Part shown: in pieces, positions 1 to 46,246 of the stretch | Layout of the letters: each line of letters begins with the position of its first letter | How positions within the stretch are numbered: position 1 is the stretch's first letter | Assembly (NCBI GenBank): GCA_965153355.1 | Contig: OZ231126.1 | Coordinates: 9,486,001 to 9,550,000 of the forward strand | Reading direction: 5' to 3' | Origin: Flaccisagitta enflata | Taxonomy: Eukaryota | DNA: 64,000 bases | Program-made: the position numbers and the translations under genes | Notes under the pieces: generated by a model | Databases searched by the model: none | What the model saw: the letters and a program-made list of their open reading frames with translations, nothing else | Told to the model about the DNA's origin: nothing

Positions 1-230
1 AAGAAAGAAAAGAGAAAGAAAGAAAGACAAATAGTAAGAAAGAAAAATAGAAAGAAAGAAAAATAGAAAGAGGGAAGGAAAGAAAAATTGTCAGAAAGAA
101 AGAAAGAAAGAAAGAAATATAGAAAGAAAGAAAGAAAAAAAGAAAGAAAAAAAAAAGAAAGAAAGAATGAAAGAAAGAAAGAATGAAAGAAAGAAAGAAT
201 GAAAGAAAGAAAGGAAAATAGAAAGAACGA

Positions 231-310
<80 letters not shown>

Positions 311-1514
311 AAACCAGAAAGACAAAAGAAGGAAAAATGTAAAGATAAAAAGAAAAATGGTAATAAGAGAGATGGAACAAGCCCGATTGGGCAACGATGC
401 GTCCGGGCTGTGTCTCAGCGTGTATTGATCATGTGATATATGTATGCAGAGACAGATGGACAAACAGACGGGTGAAAAGACTCTCAAAACATGATGGTTG
501 ATCATTTGTTTCAGTGTAGGATCTCACGGTGGCCAAAAACAGCCGAGAAACGCGGTTTTTGCACAGGCGTAACGGACCGACGGACCGACCGACGGACGGA
601 CGGACCGACCGACCGACGCACGGACGGACAGACCCTCTTATAGAGATGCGAGGACGCATCTAAAAAGGAAGGAAAGAAAGAAGGAGTGAGAGAATAAAAA
701 AAGACAGAGTTACAGAAAAAGGTGGATAGGAAGAAAAAAACACAAAGAATGAGAGATAATGACAAACAAGACCAACACCTATAAGTCGCGTGCGAGACTT
801 ACAGATTGACTTACAATGACTTAGAATGACTTAAAATGACTTAGTTTACTCTAAAATGACTTAAAATGACTTATAGAAATAAAATTGATAAAAAAAGTAA
901 AATGTGACTGACCAACCACCCAACCGACCGACCAACCGACCGACGGACAAAGCGGGGTGTAGAGTCGCGTGCACGCGACTAAAAATGATTTTTAAAGAAA
1001 GCAGAGGACAAACAAAACAAAGACAGATGGATGGAAAGAAATTTCCAAACAAAGACAAATTTGAAAGAAAAAAAAGAATGCAAGAGGGGAAATATAAAAA
1101 TAAAGCAAGTGGAAAAGAAAGAAAAGAGAAAACGGAGAAACAAAGAGAAAGTCATAAAAGAATGTGAAGTGTAGAGAAAGAAAAGAAAGAGAGAAAGAGA
1201 GAAAGAAAAGAGAAAAACACAGAGAGTGAAAACAAAGGGAGAAAAATAAAAAGAATGAATAAACGAAATAAATGAATGAATGAAACCGTAAAAAACGACC
1301 AGGTTTGCAAGAAAGTTATATGTCGCCAAGAAAAAGCAGCAGAACAAGTGACGCGGGGTCACAATATCATTGCGGCCGGGTGGGCAGGGGCATTCAACCC
1401 CCATTTACACCCAACCCCTATCCCAACACTCACACAAGCATATAAAATGCTCGTTTCCCACTTTTTGAATCATACTCACGGACCGACTGACGGACCGACG
1501 GATAAAGCCTCTTA

Positions 1515-1846
1515 CCATCTTGCTCAAAAATATCGTCTCACCTTTATAGCCTGTTTGTGAGTAAACTACTTAAAAAACCATATTAAAATCTTTGACCTCT
1601 AGAAAGAGCAAGAAAAAGTCTTTAAAATGCTGCCAAGCAGAACTCAGTAGCTTAATTTGTTTAGATTTTAAAGCCAAATAGGTCTCTTTCTGAAAATCCT
1701 TCATCCATGTCCATGAATACAAAGAATATTTAGTTACGTAAGGGCCTATACTTAGTATTTGTACAGAAAAATATATTTTGATACAAAAATCAACAACAAT
1801 GAATTACTGTTTTGTTTTACTGAGACGATATTTTTGAGCAAGATGG
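1515..1846. mobile_element. TA-TSD MITE inserted into a HINE copy
   Basis: TA|ccatcttgctcaaaaatatcgtctca ... tgagacgatatttttgagcaagatgg|TA; removing it restores aaagcctcttatagagttgcgtgtccgcaact. Confidence 0.85.
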
Positions 1847-1873
1847 TATAGAGTTGCGTGTCCGCAACTATGA

Positions 1874-1986
<113 letters not shown>

Positions 1987-3591
1987 ACTAGGAAGGGGAG
2001 AAAGAAGGAAACTAACTAACAGAACAAAGAGGATAGCGAGAAGTCAAAAACAAGGACATTAAAAACTGCAATAGTCACACAACTCCATTACGTTGTATAC
2101 ATACAGGTCGATTACGCCGTGACCTTTGTCATGTGCGGGTGGGTAGGGGCAGTGGAGTAATTCTGCTTCTTAAAAACGCTAAAACATACCTTAAAACTGA
2201 CGGACGGACCGACTGATAGAATCTTGAGTCGCGAAGTATGGGACCAAAAAAGGAAAAGAAGAAAGATCGAGTGAAAGAATGGAAGGCTTTTACCAATACG
2301 TGTGCATGTGGTTTGCTGATGTTATAAAACATGTTCAGTTTAAAAGTTTCCATTCTACAAGGTAAAGGCGGTAGACAAACAAATCCCACTGTTAGACTTT
2401 TAGGAGAGGCGATCTGGAAATGGGGTAAGAGTCGTGACAGTTGGGCAGGGGCAGTGCCTAAATACACACTGGTTCTTGACATGACAGTTGACATTCCTTA
2501 GAATGACTTGAAATAAAAAAATCTTATTCAATAGTTGTAAAGGGTGGACCGACGGACTGATTGACCGACGCAGAAAGTTGCTTCCCCGACTAAACACACG
2601 TGACGCGGGGTCGCAATATCGATAGAGATGGGTGGGCAGGGGCATCCAACCCCCAGCCTCACCTCAACACCCCCCACACACACACACAATCAAACCATAA
2701 CAACTGCAGCATGAAAAATGCAATGCGCGTTTTTTTTCTCGCATTTTTGACTCGAGCGTGTCCGTCCGTAGGTCTATGGCCCATAGTATGGCCTGTTTGC
2801 TTTTTTTGAGGTTTTTCTCATGATTCTTATCTCTTATATATTATATCATCTTGTATCGAAAGAAGACACATCTATTGGACATCTCTTGGCTCAGTATCAA
2901 AAAGCAATAATCATGGACGGCTCAATTATTTGTTGTCAATTACTTAAGGATTTAAAGGGACATGTTTTTTGTCCGTCGTTTTAGTCGTTTTATCGCTGTA
3001 TGTGAAACCATAGGCAATCGGCTCCTTTGAGGCTGCTGCCTAATATGAGCTTTTATTCGTGCTTAACATGTAAACACAGATCATTCAAAAACAACAAACG
3101 ACTATAAACTACATTCTAGGGTAAAAAAAAAACAAAAAAACTACCTAATGAGGAAGGAAGAGGGAAGAAAACAAGGTCAACGCCTATAAGTCGCCTGCGG
3201 GATACAAATAAGTTAGGATGACTTAGATTAACTTTTAATGACTTAAGAAGACTAAAAATGACTGAAAAAGATATAAAATGAGGTAAAATGACTTTAATGA
3301 CTAGATTGATCTAATTGACTTAAGTGACTTATCGAGTCAAACTGACTTAAAACGACTCAGAATAGCGTAGATTAACATAAAATGACTAAAATTGACCTAA
3401 GATGACTAAAAATGACTTAAAATAATAGAAAAGAAAAAGTTTGACCGACGGACCGACGGACCGACCGACGGACGAATGGACAGACAAAGCGGGTTGTAGA
3501 GTCGTGTGCCCGCGACTAAAAAAGATAGAATATAAATAGAAAACGTAATATGCAAGACAACCCTTTACAGGTGGGGGCCGTGTTGTAACAA

Positions 3592-3692
<101 letters not shown>

Positions 3693-3799
3693 TGGTAGGA
3701 GGCGTAACGAATCGGCAAGCACCATGACACAAATCACTGAATGCATGACTTGATATCGACTAGTAAATAATGGATTGCACCGACTTTGTTGAAAGAATG

Positions 3800-3891
<92 letters not shown>

Positions 3892-4152
3892 ACAGACAGA
3901 CAGACAGAACGACAGACAATCAGTAACGAATCAAAATAAATTAAGAAAGGGGCTTGACTATGAAACTCCACTGTAACTTTCCTGATGCCTTATACTGTTA
4001 CATCTCAGAGAAAATTGTAAGATGTTTTATTGCAGGCGAATGTTTTGTGATGAAGGTGAATTTCTCTCATTTTCGCATTCATCAGAGAAAAAATTTGAAT
4101 TCAGAAGGCACAAAACTTTCGCGGTGTAAATCGCCTCAAGGAGTCCGGTGGG

Positions 4153-4263
<111 letters not shown>

Positions 4264-5845
4264 CGAGTGGCTAAGCGTGAGCCGTGAGGCGGGGGTGCTT
4301 ATTTGAGGCGGAAAGTCTGTGAGTTTGGGGGGGGGGGGGGAAGGGGGGGGGCGGATGGTTGGGGGAGACGAGAGGGATTCACTTGTTTGTGCAAACGCAC
4401 CGCCTGGGTCACGCGAAATCGCGGAATCTTACCAAATGACCAGATAGTTTAAGAAGTACAAATGGTGGTTGATAACGCGGTAGGGTCCGCTGCTTAGTAA
4501 GTTTGAAGTAAGCTTTACTAAACACTCCACTATGATGGCAGTTTCAAGATAATCTCGTTTCAGGAAGGACCGAGAAGGTATAAAAAGGTCAATCATTAAA
4601 ATTGAGAAAATTTGACGAAAATATTAGATCAGATAGCTTAAATGCCTATGGTTAAAAATTGAATTTGGTTACTGATCTTCAATTTTCATGTAAATAAGGC
4701 TGACATGCAACAAATAATGATCGAAAATAAGCAAAAACTGGGTTGGAAAAGTCGAGCAAAACTAAAAAATGTGAGTATTTCACTTTATCACAGTTCAAGA
4801 ATTCAATCTCATTTTGCGCCGATTACAAAGAATAATAGCAGCCCAAAGGCAGTAAGTGGTCAGCGGTGCCCGCACCCTGCTTGAGTAGTGTGTGATTTAA
4901 GTTGAGGAGGAGCAGAGCAGTGGCCCCAAAGCGGACGAAGTCCTGTAGAACAAAGGGGGAATCTGTCCGTCCGTCCATCCGTTTGTCCGTCCGTTCCCCC
5001 CCCGCCCCATCCTCAGGGCTTCATCTCCTTTGGGGCCTATTCTGACCCAAATTCTGCCAAATAGCCCAAATCCAAGCAATATGGCCCAAATCTCAGCAAA
5101 ATGGCCCAAATCCAAGCAAAATGGCCCAAATCTGGTCAGAATCTAGGTATAGGAGGCCTCAATATAGGTCTAAAGGGCTAAAATGAGGGACCTCAGGCCA
5201 GAATTATTTGTTTTTTTGGCAATATTTGGGCAATTTTGCTTGGATTTGGGCCATTATGCTTAGATTTGGGCCACTTTGCTTAAATTTGGGCCATATTGCT
5301 TGGATTTGGGCTACTTGGCAGAATTTGGGTCAGAATAGGTCCCAAAGGAGACAAAGCCCTGAGGATAGGGTGGGGGGGACGGACGTATGGATGTACATAT
5401 GAATAGACAGACAGATTCCCCTGTGTTCAACAGGACTTCTTCCCCTTTGGGGCCGCTGCCCAAAAAACGAGGATTCGTCGTGCTTATTCTGCAAGAATTT
5501 GCTCACTAACCACATTGAAAATTTCATTTTGGGCCAATGCCTGGAAGTTAAGTTTTTAGTGTAGATGCAAAATTTCATGCTATCCAAATTTTCATCACCA
5601 GTTTCACAATGGCGTTACAATGGCAGATTCAAAGTTTGACCTGAGCATGATATATGAGCTGGGCGGGGGAGTGTGCGGGATAATCACGCTTGATAAAACA
5701 ATGGTATGATAGCTGGAACAATATCCCTCACTATACCCAAGCTAAAAAAATGGAAGCGGGCCCTGTGAAGATGTGAACCCTCACCGACTACTTGATACGC
5801 GCACCACTCCTAGTTTTCCATAAGACATAATCTGAAAAACCTCGT

Positions 5846-6038
5846 ATTAGTCGCGTGCACGCGACTCTACAACCCGCTTTGTCCGTCGGTCGGTCGGTCG
5901 GTCGGTTGGTCACACTTTACTTTTTTTTATGATTTTATTTCTTTGACATCACTGCTCCTGCCCAAATGGTCTGGTTACCTCAAATATAGCCCCTGCCCAC
6001 CCGCACGCGACTTCGGTAGCCGTGTATCCGGCCTTGTT
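5846..6038 (+). mobile_element. Helentron/DINE-1-like non-autonomous element (HINE), family A; representative copy
   Basis: T-rich flank, 5' palindrome agtcgcgtgcacgcgact, (gtcg)n microsatellite, 3' inverted copy gcacgcgact, and terminal gccgtgtatccggccttgtt. Other copies at about 763-983, 3169-3521, 6327-6580, 12163-12368, 25318-25446, 28392-28591, 39700-39835 and 59409-61519. Confidence 0.7.
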
Positions 6039-7139
6039 CAATCTAGCCCTAAAGAAAACCGCTTGCCAAAAGTAGTTAAGGGCAAATGACTGTTACCTGT
6101 TTAAACTTAAATTCAACAAATCACCCGAGGGCAACATTGTATATCTCAGGCTTGGAGCGACTCAGTGACAGTGGCATGAAATTTGGCGCATGTCTCCTTC
6201 AAAACACTTCACTTTTCAAAAGTTTTTTTTTATTATAAATGTACAGTTACGTGAAAGTGAGAAACTGAGCGGCCCATTTGAATACCAGCCTTTGAAATTC
6301 ATCACCTGAAAAACTGATCCTGAAAAAACAAGGCCAACACCTTACAGTCGCGTGCGGTTGTTAAGACCATTAGACCAAAAGACTAAAAGACAATAAGACC
6401 AAGAGACAAAAAGTTCAAGAGACAAAATGTAAATTGACTTAGATTAACTTTAAGTAACTTAAAATGACTCAGAATGACTTAAAATGGCGTAAAACGACAA
6501 AAAAGCTAGCAGTTACCGACTGACCGACCGATCGACAGACGGACAGAGTTGGTTGTAGAGTCGCGTGCACGCGACTAAAACGCTGCAAATGTTTTTGTGC
6601 GATTTGGATTTGACGGTCGTTTTGTTTATAAATCGGTCGGCGAGTTCTGATTTATGGTGCAAAACTCGCACGATCACGCCTCAGAGCTGGACTCACACCC
6701 ATTACACCACGAATTCACACACACCTATGAAATATTCTTGAAAAGAAAGTCTTTGAAAAGAATATTTTTATGCTGTTTGTGTTGTAACTGATTGTTGTCT
6801 TAAATATTTAATTGTTATCAAGGGCAACCTTTGTCGTTGGAAAAAAAGCAAGTCTTTTGAAGAAATTCTTATCTTTTTTTCGGTCTTTCTTGCTTTCTTT
6901 CATTCATTCTTTTTTCACACTTTCTCACTTTTTGTCCGCGACGGAATACCATTCCGACGCGGACTATAATTCGAGGCGGGTGGGTGTCGTCGTGTCGTCG
7001 TCGTCGTCGTTGTCGTCCACACTTTTAAAAATGGGCTAACTTTTGAACGCCTTGACCGATTTGCTTCATATTTGGAGGGAAGTTGTATTAGGGTAAGCCG
7101 CTTTGCAGCCTATGCGTATGTTATGATCCGACCCACCCA

Positions 7140-7945
7140 ACCAGCCCAACCAGCCTACCAGCCTAAAAGTGAAAAACGTACATAACTTAGGCATTTTTCA
7201 ACCGATTTGGTTAAAATTTGGTATGTAGTCCCTAAATGGAAGAACTCAACATATGTATTTGAATTGTAAAGATTTTAGCATGCTAACCGGCCAAACCGGC
7301 CTACCAACCAACCAGCCTACCAGCCTAAAAGTGAAAAACGTGCATAACTTTGGCATTTTTCAACCAATTTGGTTAAAACTTGGTATGTAGTCTCTAAATG
7401 GAAGGACTCAACATATGTATTTGATTTGTAAAGATTTTAGCATGCTAACCGGCCAAACCAGCCTACCACCCAACCAGCCTACCAGCCTAAAAGTGAAAAA
7501 CGTACATAACTTTGGCATTTTTCAACCAATTTGGTTAAAACTTGGTATGTAGTCTCTGAATGGAAGGACTCAACATATGTATTTGATTTGTAAAGATTTT
7601 AGCATGCTAAACGGCCAAACCGGCCTACCACCCAACTAGCCTACCAGTCTAAAAGTGAAAAACGTGCATAACTTTGGCATTTTTCTACCGATTTAGTTAA
7701 AATTTGGTATGTAGTCCCTAAATGGAAGAACTCAACATATGTATTTGAATTGTAAAGATTTTAGCATGCTAACCGGCCGAATCCGCCTACCACCCAACCA
7801 GCCTAAAAGTGGGAAATGTGCATAACTTTGGCATTTTTCAACCGATTTGGTTGGGACTTGGTATGTAGTCTTTAAATGGAAGGACTCAACATATGTATTT
7901 GATTTGTAAAGATTAAAGCATGCTAACTGGCCAAACCGACCAAAC
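7140..7945 (+). repeat. 162-bp tandem repeat, ~5 copies
   Basis: cagcctaaaagtg (one copy cagtcta) recurs at 7159, 7321, 7483, 7645 and ~7799. Confidence 0.9.
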
Positions 7946-7966
7946 TGCCATTTGACGAAACTGCCA

Positions 7967-8700
7967 TTTGACAACACCATTTGACAACACCATTTGACAA
8001 CGCCATTTGACAACGCCATTTGACAACGCCGTTTGACAACGCCGTTTGACAACGCCGTTTGACAACGCCGTTTGACAACGCCGTTTGACAACGCCGTTTG
8101 ACAACGCCGTTTGACAACGCCGTTTGACAACGCCGTTTGACAACGCCGTTTGACAACGCCGTTTGACAACGCCGTTTGACAACGCCGTATGACAACGCCG
8201 TATGACAACGCCGTATGACAACGCCGTATGACAACGCCGTTTGACAACGCCGTTTGACAACGCCGTTTGACAACGCCGTTTGACAACGCCGTTTGACAAC
8301 GCCGTTTGACAACGCCGTTTGACAACGCCGTTTGACAACGCCGTTTGACAACGCCGTTTGACAACGCCGTTTGACAACGCCGTTTGACAACGCCGTTTGA
8401 CAACGCCGTTTGACAACGCCGTTTGACAACGCCGTTTGTCAACGCCGTTTGACAACGCCGTTTGACAACGCCGTTTGACAACGCCGTTTGACAACGCCGT
8501 TTGACAACGCCGTTTGACAACGCCGTTTGACAACGCCGTTTGACAACGCCGTTTGACAACGCCGTTTGACAACGCCGTTTGACAACGCCGTTTGACAACG
8601 CCGTTTGACAACGCCGTTTGACAACGCCGTTTGACAACGCCGTTTGACAACGCCGTTTGACAACGCCGTTTGACAACGCCGTTTGACAACGCCGTTTGAC
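7967..8700 (+). repeat. 13-bp minisatellite (tttgacaacgccg)n, ~56 copies
   Basis: Read directly; nearly homogeneous, with no spacers. Confidence 0.95.
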
Positions 8701-8740
8701 CCCAGTCGCGGACCCATACTCTTTTAAGATTTTTTTTTTC

Positions 8741-8819
<79 letters not shown>

Positions 8820-9058
8820 TCCTTCTTACTTTCTTTCTTTTTTTAGTCGCGGACACGCGACTCTACACCTTGCCGTGTCGGTCGGTCGGTCAGTAGGTCC
8901 GTCACATTTTTGAATTCCGAGCCGTTTTTGCATTACTGCTCCTGCCCAACCGTCCGCGACTGGATTGCCGTGTATCCGGCCTTGTTTCAAAAAATTGCGT
9001 ATTACGGTAACTTACAGTCTGTAAGCTACAGTCCCTGGTATTGGGTCACAAAGGGCAT

Positions 9059-9141
<83 letters not shown>

Positions 9142-9768
9142 TAAAACTATAACTAGACTTTGTATTGTTTATTGTTGGGAAGCAAAATTCGTTGGGACGC
9201 AGATATGGTCTAGTTTCATATCTAATTGTAATAGCGAACAGGTAATTGTAATAGAGAAAAGGTAACCATTTCCCAGCATATACAGTGGGTTTAGTCCAGA
9301 AGTAAATCATCTAGAACATGGTTAAAAATAGTATAAAATTTTTGCTGTTTTGTCATTGTTGATTTCGCTGTCGCTTTTGTTGTTTTCGTCGTTCCGCTGT
9401 GGTTTTGGTGTCCTCAACAAGTCAAAAAAAGAAAACGATGGGAACAATGCGTTAGTAAATGTGCCTCGTATAGTCGTGCGTTAACGTAGAAAGAGTTGAG
9501 AACAAAATCAGCATTGAAACAAATAAAACTGCCATCTTTTGATCCGTAACCGCGCCGTCATCAGTAGTCTCGCGACGGGCCGAGATGTGTGAAATGGACA
9601 ACAATTATCATTACTTCTAAACCAAAATAGAATAAGGACAAGAGCCCTAAGAGCTCCAACTGGTGTACTCCGTCTCTGAGGGTGAAAGAAAACGGCCTTT
9701 TGTCTGGTTTTCTTTTCCTTTGAATTTTTGAGACCTATTTTGGGTCTACGACCGCAGCGCCGCTGGCG

Positions 9769-35537
<25,769 letters not shown>

Positions 35538-35564
<27 letters not shown>

Positions 35565-36060
35565 GAATATGTCCTTTGGTGCCATGCTCGCAATCGGCGC
35601 TAGTTAGGAATATGTCCATTGGTGCCATGCTCGCAGGCGGTGCTAGTTAGGAACACGTCATTTGGTGCCATGCTTGCAAGCGGCGCTAGTTAGAGACAAG
35701 TCATTTGGCGTCATGCTTGCAAGCAGGGCTAGTTCGAGGCAAGTCATTTGGTGCCATGCTTGCAAGCGGCGCTAGATAGAGACAAGTAATTTGGTGCCAT
35801 GCTTGCAAGCAGCGCTAGTTAGAGACAAATCATTTTGTGCCATGATTGCACATGGCGCCCGTTAGAGACAAGTCATAAGGAACTATTCTCACACGTGACA
35901 TTAGAGACAACTCATTTGGCGCAATACATTCAGGCGCTGCTAGTTGGGGACAAGTTAATTGTTGCCACGTTTTCAAGAGGCGCCAGTAAGAAACAGTTCA
36001 TCTGGTGCCTTGCTTTCACCAAGCACTGATTAGAGATTATTCATTTAGTGCCTTTATTGC
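35538..36060 (+). repeat. 43-bp tandem repeat derived from the stop-codon region of gene 1
   Basis: gccatgctcgcaggcggcgctagttaggaatatgtcctttggt at 35538, 35581, 35624 and onward, decaying distally. Confidence 0.85.
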
Positions 36061-38639
36061 TCATAGCGCATGGGAGTCATGCAATACTTGCGGCATTTCT
36101 CTAGGACATGAGAAAGTAGACATTAGTTTGTGTTCTGTCTTAATGGTGAATTGGATGAGAGCATACGTTTGAAATTCGACTGATATGTAGAATGATGTAA
36201 TAGATTGATGATCAAAACCTTGCCTATTCTTTTTAGTCGCGGACACGCGACTCTACACCTTGCCGTGTCGGTCGGTAGGTCCGTCCGTCCGTCGGTCCGT
36301 CCGTCACATTTTTGAATTCCGAGCGGTTTTCGCATTACTGCTCCTGCCCTACTGTCCGCGACTGGATTGCCGTGTATCCGGCCTTGTTTTCTGATACAGT
36401 TAAATTCCCGCTTTAACGGATCCAAAAGTACAGTAAAATCCTGCTTCAACTGATTTTATGGGACTTAGAAATTTATTCTTCTATGTGCAAAATTCTGTTA
36501 AAGCCAATATAAGAAGAAACAAAAGAAAACTGGTTGAAGGGAATAAGAATTAGCACTTATCATAGGCGGAAATCTGTTAGAAGCGAGTCGGTTTGAGCGG
36601 GGTTCAACTGTAATAGAAACCCGCATGTAATGGAAAGGAAAGTTTAGTCCCCTCAGATCATTTACTTTAATTTCTGTTTTGGCAATAACAGAAATCCACC
36701 TACAAAAATGAAATTAATTGGTCCCTTGATATCCGTTATTGCGGGGTTCAACATTTTTCTCCCAACCAATCTCAGGGGACCCTTTTGCGACTCCATGACC
36801 TGAATTCACTTCGGGAAGCCAACGACTGAAAAGGACAAATTCAGACATTCAGTGTACCCCTTTTAGAATTTCAGATCTCACCTGTTATTTTTCCTGACCT
36901 TATCTCTCCCTTTCAACTCGAATAAAAGAGTATTGTCGAGTGTTCGAGAGCGTCAGCAATCTCAACTTCAAATGTTAAATTAAACAAGGCCGGATGCACG
37001 GCACTCCAGTCGCGGATGGTGGGGCAGGGGCTGTAATGTAAAAAAACGCCTGCAGTTTAAAAAATGTCACTGACGAACGGACCGACGGACCGACGGACAA
37101 ACACGGCAAGGTGTAGGGTAGCATGTCCGCGACTAAAAAAAAAACAAGGCCGTAGACGGTATACACGGCAAGAATAGAATAAGTTGGCAAAAATAAGTCG
37201 TGGGCGGTTGGGCCGGAGTGAAAATACACATTTTCAAATTCCATGATTCGATTGTCATAGAACGATCAACTGATGGATGGACCAACGGACGGCGACAGTC
37301 TCTTATAAAGTCGCTGGACCAAAAACTAAAATGTATTGCAAATTTTCGAGCGCAAGACAGACGATCGATTGGTCTAATTGCAAAATGCTCATTCGAAAAG
37401 TGTTCTCCATTTTGTGGCCACGTTTCTGTCGTCTTTACGTGCGCCAAAGAGGCTATATCCTTTCGTCCGTTCGTCCGTCCGTCCGTCTGTTAATCGTTAA
37501 AGAAAACGTTCAACGATCCAACCGGCTCATTTATTGGTCTTTTGGGCCTCTTTACATGGATAACACGACCGAACGCACGTCTACAGTCAGTCGCATGCGG
37601 GTGGGCAGGGGCAGTGATGCTATGTGATGGCAAAAAGTCATCCAAGGACATGCGCATATGATATGGTCAGTGGTACCCGTTGCCCTGCTCAATTATCGTT
37701 TTTAGGTAGTAAAAAAAGAGGAGCGCAGCGGCCCCAAAGGATCAATGTCCTATAGAATGCAGGGGTGTATTTCCATACTTCCTTACAACCAGGGAAGCGG
37801 TGCAGGATGGGGAGTATAAGAGTGCCTGATTTTAAGCCTGATTTTAGGCTCCTTAGGCTCAAATAGAGGTTTTTAAGCGCAAGAAGGCTGCTCTCAGGCT
37901 GATAAGGGGTGGTTTCAAGCCTTTGAGGGCTCATTTCAAGCCCATGAGGGCTGAATTTAGCCTTAAGAAAGCTAATTACAGACTTTGGGGCAGATTTTAA
38001 GCCTCAGGTCTGGTCTTAAGCCTGATAGGGCTGATTTCAGGCTCGATAGGGCTTATTTCAGGCTTGAGCGAGCCGATTTCAGGCATTAGAGAATTGATTT
38101 CAGGCTTTAGAGGCCAGATTTTAGGCCTCAGTAAAATGTATTGGGACTTCAGGCCTTGGAGGGGATGGACAAATAGAAGGACGCAAGTACAGATGTATGG
38201 AAATTTTCCCGAGTTCTACTGAGCATCAGTCCGCTGCCCAAAAGCGGCGGAAAATGCGTTCCAAACCGAATGATAAAAGAAGGAAAAATCTGATGGAATG
38301 GACAATGAACACCTGGCCTGGGTCTGGGTGGGACTCCTTTACTAAAACCTTTCAGGAACTTCCACCATTCATCATAATAATAACCATAAGATATAATCTT
38401 CAAGTTACCGCCACTCCCCTCCAATTAACACATCTGCGGACACACCCTTTTTGAATAGAGCCCCCTAGTGAGCAATATAATATAACCACACCACGACCAC
38501 GTGACAAAAGTCTATTCTCTTATTTAAAGGGATTATTTCTATCCCGTATTTAGTCGTTAAGCTCCTCTGTCTGGTTTTAAACATTTAAGTATGATGTTGC
38601 TTTTGATTTAATCGTCTTAAGTCTCTTTCAGAAATCAGA

Positions 38640-45213
<6,574 letters not shown>

Positions 45214-46116
45214 GTCAGTATGAGTATGAATGATGTCTTGCTATACTTATGTCATAAGGTTCAGCTGTCCAATGGACCTGTAGACTGAGGTTTTGCAGTC
45301 TGCTACCCCAAGCCATTCCCCTGGCCTTAACCTAATAATGAGTGGAACAATACCCTTCTCAAAACCGTAACTGAATATTATGAGCGACCCTCAGTGTCTA
45401 GTTACTACGCTCAGTCTTCGATGAAGTTAAAATTTCGGAGGAAACATCCCCTCTTACTTCAACCCAAAAGAAAATACTTTTTTTTTTTTTTTTTTTTTTC
45501 TGAAAGAGAAAGAGAACAAGACAAGTTAATTATTTGCTCTTTCGGATAGATGAAAATGAAACCTGAAACTTTTCCTTTGTGTTTCTTACAGGCTAATGTT
45601 ATTCTGGGCTACATACTAGTTTGAACGGGGCTACATACTAATTTCAAGAAAAACCGTGTCTAAGGCCATAAGTAAAAAAATAAGATTGGCTACTTTGTTG
45701 TATAAAACCGGAAACTATGGATAGGGTTGAAATTAGTCCAGAATAGTGGACCCTTAGTTAAGCTGAGATCTGATCGAGTCCATTAGGACTAGAACTGAGA
45801 CAAGCACTCATATGTGTCCTCACAGAGACTAGATGAAAGATGAATAAATATTCCGAGATCTTTTCTGAGGGCAGACTACACGGAGATTGAAAAAAGTTGA
45901 GTATATGGCGGACTAGATTGAACGGAATAGATAGATTTGGTTTGTCAGAATAGATTTGTAATAAATACCCATCTGCAGGATCGAGGAGACTAGATGTAGA
46001 CCGAATAAATAGTTCGAGACCCTTCGTGAGGGCAGACTAGATGGAAAATGAGAGATCGTTCCGAGATCAACTAATCCGAGTTCGTTTGCGAGGGCAAACT
46101 TAACGTGTGTATGTGT

Positions 46117-46175
<59 letters not shown>

Positions 46176-46206
46176 TGTTTGTGTGCCTGCGTGCATGTAT
46201 GTGCGT

Positions 46207-46246
<40 letters not shown>

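Noticed and set aside
7967-8700. Regular short repeats resembling a CRISPR array, and the 374/258-aa repeat ORFs over them
   Set aside because: There are no unique spacers; it is a head-to-tail 13-mer in eukaryotic DNA and the ORFs are artefacts of a stop-free repeat.
45478-45499. Poly-T as the poly(A) tail of the minus-strand LINE
   Set aside because: It lies 2.7 kb from the ORF2 stop and I found no TSD or polyadenylation signal, so the link is unsupported.
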